Positions 53,561 to 62,189 are shown, counted from the stretch's first letter. The stretch is 64,000 bases of DNA from Candidatus Gastranaerophilales bacterium (GCA_944322665.1 CALUPM010000001.1:7201-71200); one strand, 5' to 3'. The notes: generated by a model from the sequence alone, not told the origin. Program-made: numbers and translations.

Positions 53561-55091
53561 GTCTGATATTTATCTGTATAAAAGAAATATTTCCCAAAAT
53601 GCTGACTACACAGTTTGGCTGGCATTTCCCGGTGTTAAGTCTTTTGCGCTTTCGTCACTCGGTTTTTTGTGGATGTTTAAAGAAATAGACGAAATGCCTG
53701 ACGTAAATATAGAAATGCTCTGCTCTGATACCGCAAAAACCCTGTACAGAGCTGAAACTGTAGGATTAATCGGCTTTTCGTTTACCTTTGACACTGATTT
53801 TTTGACAATTTTTTCAATGCTTGAAAAACAGTCAATACCTTTAAAAGCGTCCGACAGAGCCGATGATTACCCGTTAATCTTTGCCGGAGGGCCTGTTGTC
53901 AGCGCCAATCCCGTTCCATATAAGGATTTTTTTGATTTTATAATCATCGGTGACGGAGAGGATATCAACCGTAAAGTTGTAGAAATTTGCAAAAACAATA
54001 AGAATAAACCTAAGAAATACGTGCTGGAGTGTCTTGCAGAACTTGAAGGGGTTTATGTGCCGGTTCTTGCACAAAAAGCTGTTAAAAAGCTTACTAAGCG
54101 TCTGGACGGGTGTGTATATTCCCCGATTATAAGTAATGAGGCATTTTTTAAAAATACATTTATAGCTGAACTCTCGCGCGGGTGCGCAAACCGCTGCGGA
54201 TTTTGTCTTGCGTCATATATGAATCTTCCGCTCAGATGTGCGCCTTATGACAGCGTTGTTGCGGCTATTGAAACAGGGCTTAATTATACAAATAAAATTG
54301 CGCTTCTCGGTGCTCAGATAAGTGCCCATCCTGCTTTTGACGAAATTTTCAAGCTTATTGACAGCAAGATTAAGTCTGGAAAAAAAATTGAAATGAGTGT
54401 TTCATCTCTAAGAGTTGATGCTATAAAACCGGAAATTGTTAAAACTCTTACGGATGCCGGTCAGAAAAACATAACACTTGCTATTGAAGCCGGCAGCGAA
54501 CGGCTCAGAAAAGTTATAAATAAAAATCTTAACGAAAATAAAATTATGGAATCAGTGAAAATTTCAGCGGAAGCAGGTTTAAGAGGGCTTAAGTTTTACG
54601 GTATGATTGGGCTTCCGACAGAAACTGAAGATGATATACAAGCTTTGATTAAACTGGCAGAAAAAATAAAAAAATCCTGCAAAGGTTTTGATATATCGTT
54701 CGGATTTTCAAGCTTCGTGCCCAAGCCGAACACTCCTTTTCAGTGGATTGGAAGGGAAAACACAAAATTACTTGAGGCTAAAGCCGCTTATCTGAAAAAA
54801 GAAATGCACAAACTCGGGGTTCACACTAATTTTTCAAGCATAAAATGGGATTACTGGCAGGCGGTTTTATCAAGAGGCGGAGAGGGTTTTTCTGATTTTC
54901 TAATTGACACTTACAGAGCAGGCGGAAAACTCGGAGATTTCAAAAAAGCCGCCCGAAACAACAATATTGATACGGATTTTTATGCGCTTGAAAACCTGCC
55001 TTTTGAATCTGATTTGCCGTGGAATTTTATAGATGTCAAACCCGGCAGAGATTTTCTAATTAAAGAAAACAAAAGGCTCCTATCGCTTTAA
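53553..55091 (+). CDS. radical SAM protein with N-terminal B12-binding-like domain
   Basis: CANRCGFC (CxxxCxxC), an upstream Rossmann-like region, and GGEG. Overlaps the upstream gene by 8 nt. Confidence 0.85.
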   Translation: MPESDIYLYKRNISQNADYTVWLAFPGVKSFALSSLGFLWMFKEIDEMPDVNIEMLCSDTAKTLYRAETVGLIGFSFTFDTDFLTIFSMLEKQSIPLKASDRADDYPLIFAGGPVVSANPVPYKDFFDFIIIGDGEDINRKVVEICKNNKNKPKKYVLECLAELEGVYVPVLAQKAVKKLTKRLDGCVYSPIISNEAFFKNTFIAELSRGCANRCGFCLASYMNLPLRCAPYDSVVAAIETGLNYTNKIALLGAQISAHPAFDEIFKLIDSKIKSGKKIEMSVSSLRVDAIKPEIVKTLTDAGQKNITLAIEAGSERLRKVINKNLNENKIMESVKISAEAGLRGLKFYGMIGLPTETEDDIQALIKLAEKIKKSCKGFDISFGFSSFVPKPNTPFQWIGRENTKLLEAKAAYLKKEMHKLGVHTNFSSIKWDYWQAVLSRGGEGFSDFLIDTYRAGGKLGDFKKAARNNNIDTDFYALENLPFESDLPWNFIDVKPGRDFLIKENKRLLSL

Positions 55092-55108
55092 CGGCAGCAG
55101 CATAGCTT

Positions 55109-55732
55109 TTACAGAGGCGTGTAGCCCGAGTAAATTAAGCTTTTCCAGCTTTCAAAGTAGCTTATCTGCGTAGCACTTCCCGTTCTTATATAAATCCCCG
55201 GCATTGAAGCAGGAGGAATGTTTAAAGCGTCGCAGATTGCAGCTTTAATTACATCTGGGTGGGTTACAATAATCACGCGGTTTTGAATGTTCTCTTCCAC
55301 AATTTTGTTAATTATTCCGCTGGTTCTTTTGATAAAATCTGAAACGGATTCAGCATCATCAGGCGTAGCCACCGTTGGATCCGTCATAAGCCGTTTAAAT
55401 TCTTCCGGATATTTCTGCTCTATCTGTTCATAAGTAAGCCCGTTAAATGCACCGCATTTTCGCGGAGTCAGGTCATCTATTATTTCATAATTTTTTTTAT
55501 ATAGTTTTGCAACTACTTCTGCGGTTTGAAGCGTCCTTGTAGCCGGAGAAGAATAAATTTTGTCATTTTTAATGGCCCTGAGTCTTAAATATTCGGTAAT
55601 TTTTTCAACCTCGTTCTGACCTGCATCATTAAGCGGCGGATAATTCAAAACATCTGAAAATCTGCCCTCTTCCGAATATATCGTTGCCCCGTGGCATATA
55701 AAAGTTATTTTGCATTTTCTGCTAAAGTACAT
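55109..55732 (-). CDS. histidine phosphatase (phosphoglycerate mutase-like) family protein with CHG in place of RHG
   Basis: ITFICHGAT, IYSSPATRTLQTAE, VTHPDVIKA. Confidence 0.75.
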   Translation of the reverse strand: MYFSRKCKITFICHGATIYSEEGRFSDVLNYPPLNDAGQNEVEKITEYLRLRAIKNDKIYSSPATRTLQTAEVVAKLYKKNYEIIDDLTPRKCGAFNGLTYEQIEQKYPEEFKRLMTDPTVATPDDAESVSDFIKRTSGIINKIVEENIQNRVIIVTHPDVIKAAICDALNIPPASMPGIYIRTGSATQISYFESWKSLIYSGYTPL

Positions 55733-55821
55733 AATCTCAACCTCTTTATCTTAATTTTTTAACAATTATATCACATAATCTTATTTTTTTGTAGTATTAT
55801 GGAGAAAACAAGGAGGAAATC

Positions 55822-56319
55822 ATGAGAGGAAAAGCCTTTAAATTCGGTGATAACATTTCAACAGACCATATAGCTCCGGGAAGATTGTTCCATTTACGCT
55901 CAAATCTTGAAGAATTTGCAAAACACGTTCTTGAGGATGCAGATGAAACGTTTGCATCAAGAATGCATAAAGGCGATTTTGTTGTAGCCGGAAACAACTT
56001 CGGGCTTGGTTCCTCGCGTGAACATGCTCCTCAGATTATTAAAATTGCAGGTGTGGGAGCTGTTATTGCAAAATCTTTTGCGAGAATTTTTTACAGAAAC
56101 GCAATAAATATCGGGCTTTTAGCTATAGAATGCGACACTGACGCAATTAATGACGGCGATGAACTTGATGTTGACATTGAAAAAGGAATAATAACTGACG
56201 TTACAAACGGAGCCATTATTCAAATAGAGCCTATCCCTCCTGTTATGCGTAAAATGCTTTCAGACGGCGGTCTTGTAGAACATATTAAAAAACACGGCGA
56301 TTTTAAACTTGATGATTAA
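55822..56319 (+). CDS. leuD: aconitase-family small subunit (LeuD/HacB-like)
   Basis: GDNISTDHIAPGR, GSSREHAP. 165 aa short type. No large subunit is adjacent. Confidence 0.85.
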   Translation: MRGKAFKFGDNISTDHIAPGRLFHLRSNLEEFAKHVLEDADETFASRMHKGDFVVAGNNFGLGSSREHAPQIIKIAGVGAVIAKSFARIFYRNAINIGLLAIECDTDAINDGDELDVDIEKGIITDVTNGAIIQIEPIPPVMRKMLSDGGLVEHIKKHGDFKLDD

Positions 56320-56976
56320 TTACCACAATTTGTAATCATCAAGGAGTTTTTTAGCCTTTGCCACATCTCTGGTGTCCAGAATTACATATTCATTTGTTTT
56401 GTTATTGATAATACAGAATGTTTTTGCGCATTCTTTGTGGAAAGCTTTTACAGCATCAATTCGAGCTTTTTTCTCAAACATATCATTAATGTGTTTTTTT
56501 GAATCTTCATCTTTAGGTATGTAGCTGGCAGCCTCAACTGTTTTTAAAATATTTTTTTCATACGTGTTTGCGCCGTAATCAGTAACAAATTTGTTTTTGT
56601 AATTTCCATCATACCGGACAGTTTTTAAATATTTATCAATTTCTGTATGGAACTTTTCGCTGTCTGATGGCAGGGTCGAGCCTTTTCTAAACTGGTAAAC
56701 TACCGATTTTTTATTCGGGTTAAGGAAAAGGTAATAATAAAAATCATTTTCTTTCGCGCCGGTCAAAACATCTTCCGGAATCGGTTTTGGCAGGTATTCA
56801 GGAATATATTCATAAATATTAGGATCCCCGACTGTAACTTTTTTTATATGAACGGTTGGAGGAAGCTTATCTTTTTCTTCTACTTTGTAATCATCTTTCA
56901 TTATAAATAGCGCATACAGAAAAAAACCTGTCAAAAATGCTATAACTATCATATATATTTTAAATTTTTTATTCAT
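56320..56976 (-). CDS. hypothetical membrane-anchored protein
   Basis: N-terminal TM. GGAG RBS with ATG at 56976. TTGAAA-N17-TATAAT upstream. Confidence 0.55.
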   Translation of the reverse strand: MNKKFKIYMIVIAFLTGFFLYALFIMKDDYKVEEKDKLPPTVHIKKVTVGDPNIYEYIPEYLPKPIPEDVLTGAKENDFYYYLFLNPNKKSVVYQFRKGSTLPSDSEKFHTEIDKYLKTVRYDGNYKNKFVTDYGANTYEKNILKTVEAASYIPKDEDSKKHINDMFEKKARIDAVKAFHKECAKTFCIINNKTNEYVILDTRDVAKAKKLLDDYKLW

Positions 56977-57059
56977 CACAAATCTCCATATAAATAATAT
57001 TTATTATAAACTTAAACTCTTTAATTTTCAAGATTCTTAACGAAAAACGTTTACCCTGC

Positions 57060-57088
57060 TTGACATAACACGCTGTTTGAATTTAAAT
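57060..57088 (+). promoter_or_regulatory. sigma70-type promoter TTGACA-N17-TTAAAT (rpsL-rpsG)
   Basis: Direct reading. Confidence 0.55.
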
Positions 57089-57257
57089 AATAACAGACAT
57101 AGCCGGAATTTTCGTGCTGGAATAACGGTTAGTCAGGCAAAACCAGGACGTAGGGGCAGCACAAACACAAGCCCGGCAGTCCAGTCATAGCCGGAATGCG
57201 TAAGGGTTTCAGGATATGATTTTGCCGGAACATAGTACTAAACAAAAGGAGAAACAA
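57089..57257 (+). promoter_or_regulatory. long (about 160 nt) structured leader of rpsL-rpsG
   Basis: Exact 12-nt direct repeat CATAGCCGGAAT at 57098-57109 and 57186-57197, with a related GCCGGAACATAG at 57224-57235. GTGCTG (57114-57119) can pair with CAGCAC (57157-57162). Confidence 0.35.
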
Positions 57258-57644
57258 ATGCCTACAATTAACCAGCTTGTACGTCGTGAACGTAAAAAGC
57301 TTACAGACAAAACAAAATCTCCCGCTTTGATGGATTGTCCGCAAAGAAGGGGTGTATGCACAAGGGTTTACACAACTACCCCCAAAAAACCTAACTCAGC
57401 TTTGAGAAAAGTTGCAAGGGTTCGTTTAACCAACGGATTTGAAGTTACTTCATATATTCCGGGTATCGGTCACAACCTTCAGGAACACAGTGTTGTTCTT
57501 ATCAGAGGCGGAAGGGTTAAAGATCTTCCGGGTGTTCGTTACCACATCGTAAGAGGCACCCTTGATACTGCCGGTGTTGCTAACAGAACACAGAGCAGAT
57601 CTAAATACGGTGCTAAAAAGAATGCAAAAGGAGGTAAGAAGTAA
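57258..57644 (+). CDS. rpsL: 30S ribosomal protein S12
   Basis: [14 protein letters not shown]..., [17 protein letters not shown]. Start at ATG 57258 behind AAGGAG. Confidence 0.96.
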   Translation: MPTINQLVRRERKKLTDKTKSPALMDCPQRRGVCTRVYTTTPKKPNSALRKVARVRLTNGFEVTSYIPGIGHNLQEHSVVLIRGGRVKDLPGVRYHIVRGTLDTAGVANRTQSRSKYGAKKNAKGGKK

Positions 57645-58114
57645 TGTCAAGACGTTCTAAACCTGCAAAACGTGTTCCGTTAGCAGATCCGGTATATAAT
57701 AGTGTCGACGTTTCTAAATTCATCAACAGAATTATGAGACGCGGCAAAAAATCTCTCGCTGAAAAGATTTTCTATTCAGTTATGGACAGAATTAAAGAAA
57801 GAACAAATCAGGATCCGATGGAAATTTTCCAGAAAGGTCTTACAAACGCAACTCCGCTTCTTGAAGTTAAAGCAAGACGTATCGGCGGTTCTACTTATCA
57901 GGTTCCGATTGAAGTTAAAGCTGACAGAGGTTTTGCTCTCTCTTCAAGCTGGATTATAGAATACGCTAAAAAACGCGGCGGAAAATCTATCATTGAAAAA
58001 TTAACAAACGAAATTATTGATGCTTCAAACGGCGCGGGTGCAGCTTGCAAAAAACGCGAAGATACCCACAAAATGGCTGAAGCTAACAAAGCGTTTGCTC
58101 ATTACAGATATTAA
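57644..58114 (+). CDS. rpsG: 30S ribosomal protein S7
   Basis: DPVYNSVDVSKFINRIMRRGKKSLAEKI..., EVKARRIGGSTYQVPIEV. Confidence 0.96.
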   Translation: MSRRSKPAKRVPLADPVYNSVDVSKFINRIMRRGKKSLAEKIFYSVMDRIKERTNQDPMEIFQKGLTNATPLLEVKARRIGGSTYQVPIEVKADRGFALSSSWIIEYAKKRGGKSIIEKLTNEIIDASNGAGAACKKREDTHKMAEANKAFAHYRY

Positions 58115-58135
58115 TTTTCTGTTTATATATATGCA

Positions 58136-58172
58136 AAATCCCGTCTTTATAAGGCGGGATTTTGTTGTTTTA
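58136..58172 (+). terminator. intrinsic terminator directly after rpsG
   Basis: AAATCCCGTC-N7-GGCGGGATTT followed by TTGTTGTTTT. Confidence 0.75.
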
Positions 58173-59771
58173 TTCATAAATAATCTTTAAATCCTCTTCA
58201 ACGTTTGAGGCCTGATGAATGCCGTAAATATTTTTGAGAGCGCTCTGGATATTAGGATTTATTACATAAGGCGGGCACAAAGTCAGAAAAATCTTTTTAG
58301 CGCCGGAGTTATGAAGATTTATTATATTTGATACAGAAGGAGGGTCGCATTTTGTAAAGAAAATGCTTAATCTGTCTGATTGTATGTCGATTTTTGAAAA
58401 TATTTTTTCCATAATTTCAAATACCGCAGGCAGGTTGTTTACAAGATTTATGAAAAGTTCATTATCCTTTCCGCTGCTATGAGAGAAGGTAATTACAAAC
58501 GTATCCGGCGTAAGGCGTTTAAATAATTTTCTAAAATATTCGTCCTGAGTTCCTGAAAAATCTGACATTCCGATAATTATAAGATTTTTTATTTTGAAAT
58601 TATTAAATTCATTACAGATATTGTCCAGTTTTCCGTCAAGTTCTTTTTCTGCGTATCCGACTGTGGTTGAGGGCATTTCCCTGCCTTTTGTAAAGCCTTT
58701 TGAAGTAAGAGAGGCTTCAATAAGAGGTGAGTAGTCGTTGTTTTTAATTTTTATAACCCCTTTAGGCGCCATATCTTCTCCGGAGAACAGTTTTCCGCGG
58801 TAAAGATAGTCAATATGCGGAAAAGTGTTCTTTGTAAGCAGAATAGCGCCAGGAAATGTTGCAAAATCTACTATGCAATTAGTGAAACAGCTTCCGTAGT
58901 GGCCTTTGAGGGTCGGGAAATCTTGAAATCTTTCAAGCGCATGCGCAATTAAAAGATCAGAGTGGGTATAAACATCAATATCAATATTTGTAGTATTTTC
59001 AAGAACTTCATACAGGCTTTGAAGATTTGAACCTGATACCAGAAGCGCCTTGGCCGGTTTTGTAGAGCGGGAAACTTCGCGCTTAAGAATTGAACCGTAT
59101 GTTTCTTTCTGTGCCTTTACAAGCATTTTAACAATTTCTGTGTCTGTTGCAGATATAGAATCTATAATACGCTTAATTTTTACCGACGCAATGCGCTGAA
59201 AATTAAGGATGTTTAAGCCTTCCATCATCTCTTTTAAGGCTGCCGAATCAGATTTGCCATACTCTTTAAGTTTAAGAAGATTTGTACAGATGCTTTTTAT
59301 CGAAAGTATAAGGATTTCCCTCAATGTTTTTTGCCTTAGTGAAAGCTTTTTGTAGTTTTCAAGAAAGGCTTTCTCGCCTTCTCTGATAATTTCACTGAGC
59401 GTCATTTCAGGGCTTAAACGTGGAGATAATTTTAAATCTTCGCATTTTATGTTTTTAGATGTGCAGAAATTTTGGTATTCTTTTCTTGCATATAGAAGTT
59501 TTGAATAGATTTTGCTTATTATATCAAGAAGCTGTTCGTGAGAATATTCGGGTGTCGCAATAAGCGATATCACACCGTACATAACGGTTTCTTTATTCTC
59601 AAAATAAGCAATTTTAAGTTCTTCAGCTTTCAATTCGTAAAAAGCAAGCCGGCATGTAAAAATAAGTATAATTTCCTGAATTGCGCGGATTTCAGGAGAA
59701 ATTGAGCAGTTTCCCCTTGCAACGCACTCGTTATAATCTGTTCCTTCTGTGCTGTATTTGTTGAAAAACAT
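58170..59771 (-). CDS. hybrid-cluster-protein (Hcp/prismane) family protein, divergent
   Basis: ALLVSGSNLQSLYEVLE...IDVYTHSDLLIAHA...LKGHYGSCFTNC...FPGAILLTKN is collinear with the Hcp core. The N-terminal Cys cluster is reduced to ECVARGNC. Confidence 0.65.
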   Translation of the reverse strand: MFFNKYSTEGTDYNECVARGNCSISPEIRAIQEIILIFTCRLAFYELKAEELKIAYFENKETVMYGVISLIATPEYSHEQLLDIISKIYSKLLYARKEYQNFCTSKNIKCEDLKLSPRLSPEMTLSEIIREGEKAFLENYKKLSLRQKTLREILILSIKSICTNLLKLKEYGKSDSAALKEMMEGLNILNFQRIASVKIKRIIDSISATDTEIVKMLVKAQKETYGSILKREVSRSTKPAKALLVSGSNLQSLYEVLENTTNIDIDVYTHSDLLIAHALERFQDFPTLKGHYGSCFTNCIVDFATFPGAILLTKNTFPHIDYLYRGKLFSGEDMAPKGVIKIKNNDYSPLIEASLTSKGFTKGREMPSTTVGYAEKELDGKLDNICNEFNNFKIKNLIIIGMSDFSGTQDEYFRKLFKRLTPDTFVITFSHSSGKDNELFINLVNNLPAVFEIMEKIFSKIDIQSDRLSIFFTKCDPPSVSNIINLHNSGAKKIFLTLCPPYVINPNIQSALKNIYGIHQASNVEEDLKIIYE

Positions 59772-59772
59772 A

Positions 59773-60009
59773 TTACTCCTTCAATCCTCTCTTAAAATAA
59801 TCTATGATATCGTCTGATTCGTATAGTCTGACACCTTTTTCTCTGTCTTCAAGAAAAGGCACCTGAGATTTTCCGCCGATTTTTTGAAGATTGTCGTAAT
59901 TTTCTGGCTCAGACACGTCAAGTTTATTGTATTCTATGTTATTTTCATTCAAAAAATTCATAACTTTTCTGCAGTAAGGACAGCTTTCCAGTATGTATAA
60001 GTCAGCCAT
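59773..60009 (-). CDS. glutaredoxin-like protein
   Basis: CPYC active site. 78 aa. Stop lies 1 nt before the Hcp-like start, so likely an operon. Confidence 0.85.
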   Translation of the reverse strand: MADLYILESCPYCRKVMNFLNENNIEYNKLDVSEPENYDNLQKIGGKSQVPFLEDREKGVRLYESDDIIDYFKRGLKE

Positions 60010-60115
60010 GTTTTATCTCCTTTTCTTCTTTAATTTTATTTGTTAATTAATTTTTTATATTCTCTGACCGGTTTATAAGATTGCATATATATAATTTTGT
60101 TATAGAATTTAAGTT

Positions 60116-61240
60116 ATGGAGAGAAAAAACATACTTGTTGTTTTCGGAACAAGGCCGGAGGTTATAAAACTTGCGCCGGTAATTCTTGAGCTTAGAAAAT
60201 ATCCCGAACGGTTTAATGTAATCGTCTGCAATACAGAACAGCAGAAGGAACTTTCAAATCAGACACTTTCTTATTTCAATCTGAAAGCGGATTTAAACCT
60301 TGACTGTATGAAGCCTGACCAGTCGCTATTAGAGGTTCAGACTAGAATTTTAACCGCACTGAACAGGGTTTTTAATGCACATAAAATTGATGCAACAATT
60401 GTTCAGGGAGACACAATGACTGTTTTGTGCGCGGCTCTTGCAAGTTTTTATAACAAAATTCCGGTTTTTCATGTTGAGGCAGGATTAAGATCTTATGATA
60501 TTTATGAACCTTTTCCGGAAGAAATTATGCGCCAGATGACCTCCCGTGTGACTGCGCTTAATTTTGCGCCGACAGAAAAAAATAAACAGGCGCTTTTGAA
60601 AGAAAATATTTCTGAAAAAACAATATTTGTGACGGGAAACACGGTAATTGATGCGCTTTTCTGCCTGTCAGAAGAAACTCTAAATAAAAGCGCGGCATTT
60701 TATAAGAACAACAACATTGAAATTAATGACAGACTCGTTTTAATAACCGCCCACAGACGTGAAAACCACGGAGAACGTATCGACAGAATAATCTCTGCAA
60801 TAGAATTTCTGGCGTCAAAATATACATACCACACATTTATAATCCCTGTTCATCCTAATCCGAATGTCAAAGACAAGATTTACGGCAGGCTCAGCGGGTA
60901 TGTGAATATAAAACTTATGGCACCTCTGGATTACCCGAATCTTGTTTATTTAATGAAAAATGCAAAACTTATTCTGACAGATTCCGGCGGAATTCAGGAG
61001 GAAGCGCCGTCTTTCGGCTGTCCGACGCTGGTTATGCGTTACGAAACAGAACGTCAGGAAGGAATTGATGCCGGCGTTTCGGTTCTTGTCGGAGCTGATT
61101 ATGACAAAATCCTTGAATGCAGCGAAAAAATCCTTTCAAATTCTTTTGATTCAACAAGACTAAAGGCTGTAAACCCGTACGGCGACGGCAAAGCCGCCGA
61201 AAGAATCAAAAAATTTATTGAAGAATATTTCAAGCTTTAA
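60116..61240 (+). CDS. wecB: UDP-N-acetylglucosamine 2-epimerase (non-hydrolysing)
   Basis: VVFGTRPEVIKLAPV, VQGDTMT, HVEAGLRS, TDSGGIQEEAPSFG. Confidence 0.93.
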   Translation: MERKNILVVFGTRPEVIKLAPVILELRKYPERFNVIVCNTEQQKELSNQTLSYFNLKADLNLDCMKPDQSLLEVQTRILTALNRVFNAHKIDATIVQGDTMTVLCAALASFYNKIPVFHVEAGLRSYDIYEPFPEEIMRQMTSRVTALNFAPTEKNKQALLKENISEKTIFVTGNTVIDALFCLSEETLNKSAAFYKNNNIEINDRLVLITAHRRENHGERIDRIISAIEFLASKYTYHTFIIPVHPNPNVKDKIYGRLSGYVNIKLMAPLDYPNLVYLMKNAKLILTDSGGIQEEAPSFGCPTLVMRYETERQEGIDAGVSVLVGADYDKILECSEKILSNSFDSTRLKAVNPYGDGKAAERIKKFIEEYFKL

Positions 61241-61250
61241 AATAGTAATA

Positions 61251-61277
61251 AAACCGTCAATAACAGACGGTTTTATA
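61251..61277 (+). terminator. intrinsic terminator after wecB
   Basis: AAACCGTC-AATAACA-GACGGTTT followed by T. Confidence 0.65.
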
Positions 61278-61348
61278 CGGAAAATTCGGCCTGTACGGCG
61301 CAATGTTTGAACTATTTGCACCGGTGTTTGTAATTACTATATAAGTTT

Positions 61349-62005
61349 TTATTTCATAGACATTTTTTGTAAACTTCTTATTGTCTTTGCTCTTTGCGTG
61401 ATATTTGCAATCCGTGCTTTTGCAAGGTTTTCTCTAATTTTGTTGTCTATTCTGGCAGATGTAACAATATCAGACTTGTATTCTTTATAGAATTTTATTT
61501 CACGTTCGGTAAGATCGTTTTTGTAAGTAATACGCGCATCTTTCTCCGCAGACTTTCTGAAACTGCCTGCAGCAGCACATATCAGGATAAACGCCGCTGC
61601 TATCCATCCTATTTGCTTTTTTGAAATTCCGTCGCTTACAACAACCGGAGGAGCCGCAGGCGTGTCAAAAATTACATCTGTTCCGGCAGCATCTATGCCC
61701 TGAATATAAATATTTACCCCGTTATTTGAGGTGTTTTCAACTATCACGTTATCTATATTTCCGGCATTAATATACTTTGTGTCAAGATTTAGAGAAGTTG
61801 TGATATTTTTCAACTCCAACAAAAGCGTTCCGTCTGCAGGTACCGATTTTTTTATATTTGCAACCCTGTCAGTGCGCAAAACGACATTGTAGCTGTCCGG
61901 CGAAACGCCCTCAATTATTATTGAATTAAGGCTGTTATCAGAAGCAAAAGCCGTTGATGCCAGCATTGTTATTATCAGTATTAAATTAACAAACAGTTTT
62001 TTCAT
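61349..62005 (-). CDS. hypothetical secreted/membrane protein with AMIN-like N-terminal domain
   Basis: Signal peptide (ASTAFA). A beta-rich domain (IIIEGVSPDSYNVVLRTDR...LLLELKNIT), a TM segment, and a basic C-terminus. Confidence 0.55.
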   Translation of the reverse strand: MKKLFVNLILIITMLASTAFASDNSLNSIIIEGVSPDSYNVVLRTDRVANIKKSVPADGTLLLELKNITTSLNLDTKYINAGNIDNVIVENTSNNGVNIYIQGIDAAGTDVIFDTPAAPPVVVSDGISKKQIGWIAAAFILICAAAGSFRKSAEKDARITYKNDLTEREIKFYKEYKSDIVTSARIDNKIRENLAKARIANITQRAKTIRSLQKMSMK

Positions 62006-62158
62006 ATTTCCTCAATATTTCCCCAATCTGTTTTCACATTTAAAGCATATATGTTTCAAAGTCAAATGACATCAACCATAAGGACGTATTCACTCAATCA
62101 ATGGATTTATATTTTACGACTGTTTATGTAAACAAATGTTACAAAAAAAAGCCATGCT

Positions 62159-62189
62159 GAAATTAATAAGATTTAAAATTTTTTATATA
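62159..62189 (+). promoter_or_regulatory. shared motif copy: GAAAT-N18-TTTATATA upstream of 62219..62581
   Basis: The box ends 29 nt before the ATG. Confidence 0.5.

Noticed and set aside
57089-57215. SRP (4.5S) RNA or another housekeeping ncRNA in the rpsL upstream region (contains GUCAGG and GCAGC strings)
   Set aside because: I could not fold it into the conserved domain IV helix with a GNRA tetraloop. It sits directly between a promoter and rpsL, so a leader is the simpler reading.
57129-57344. Minus-strand ORF 57129..57344, and ORFs 50481..50760 and 55797..55997
   Set aside because: They overlap promoter or leader regions or the 5' ends of well-supported plus-strand genes (rpsL, thrB, leuD-like). 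They lack an RBS.
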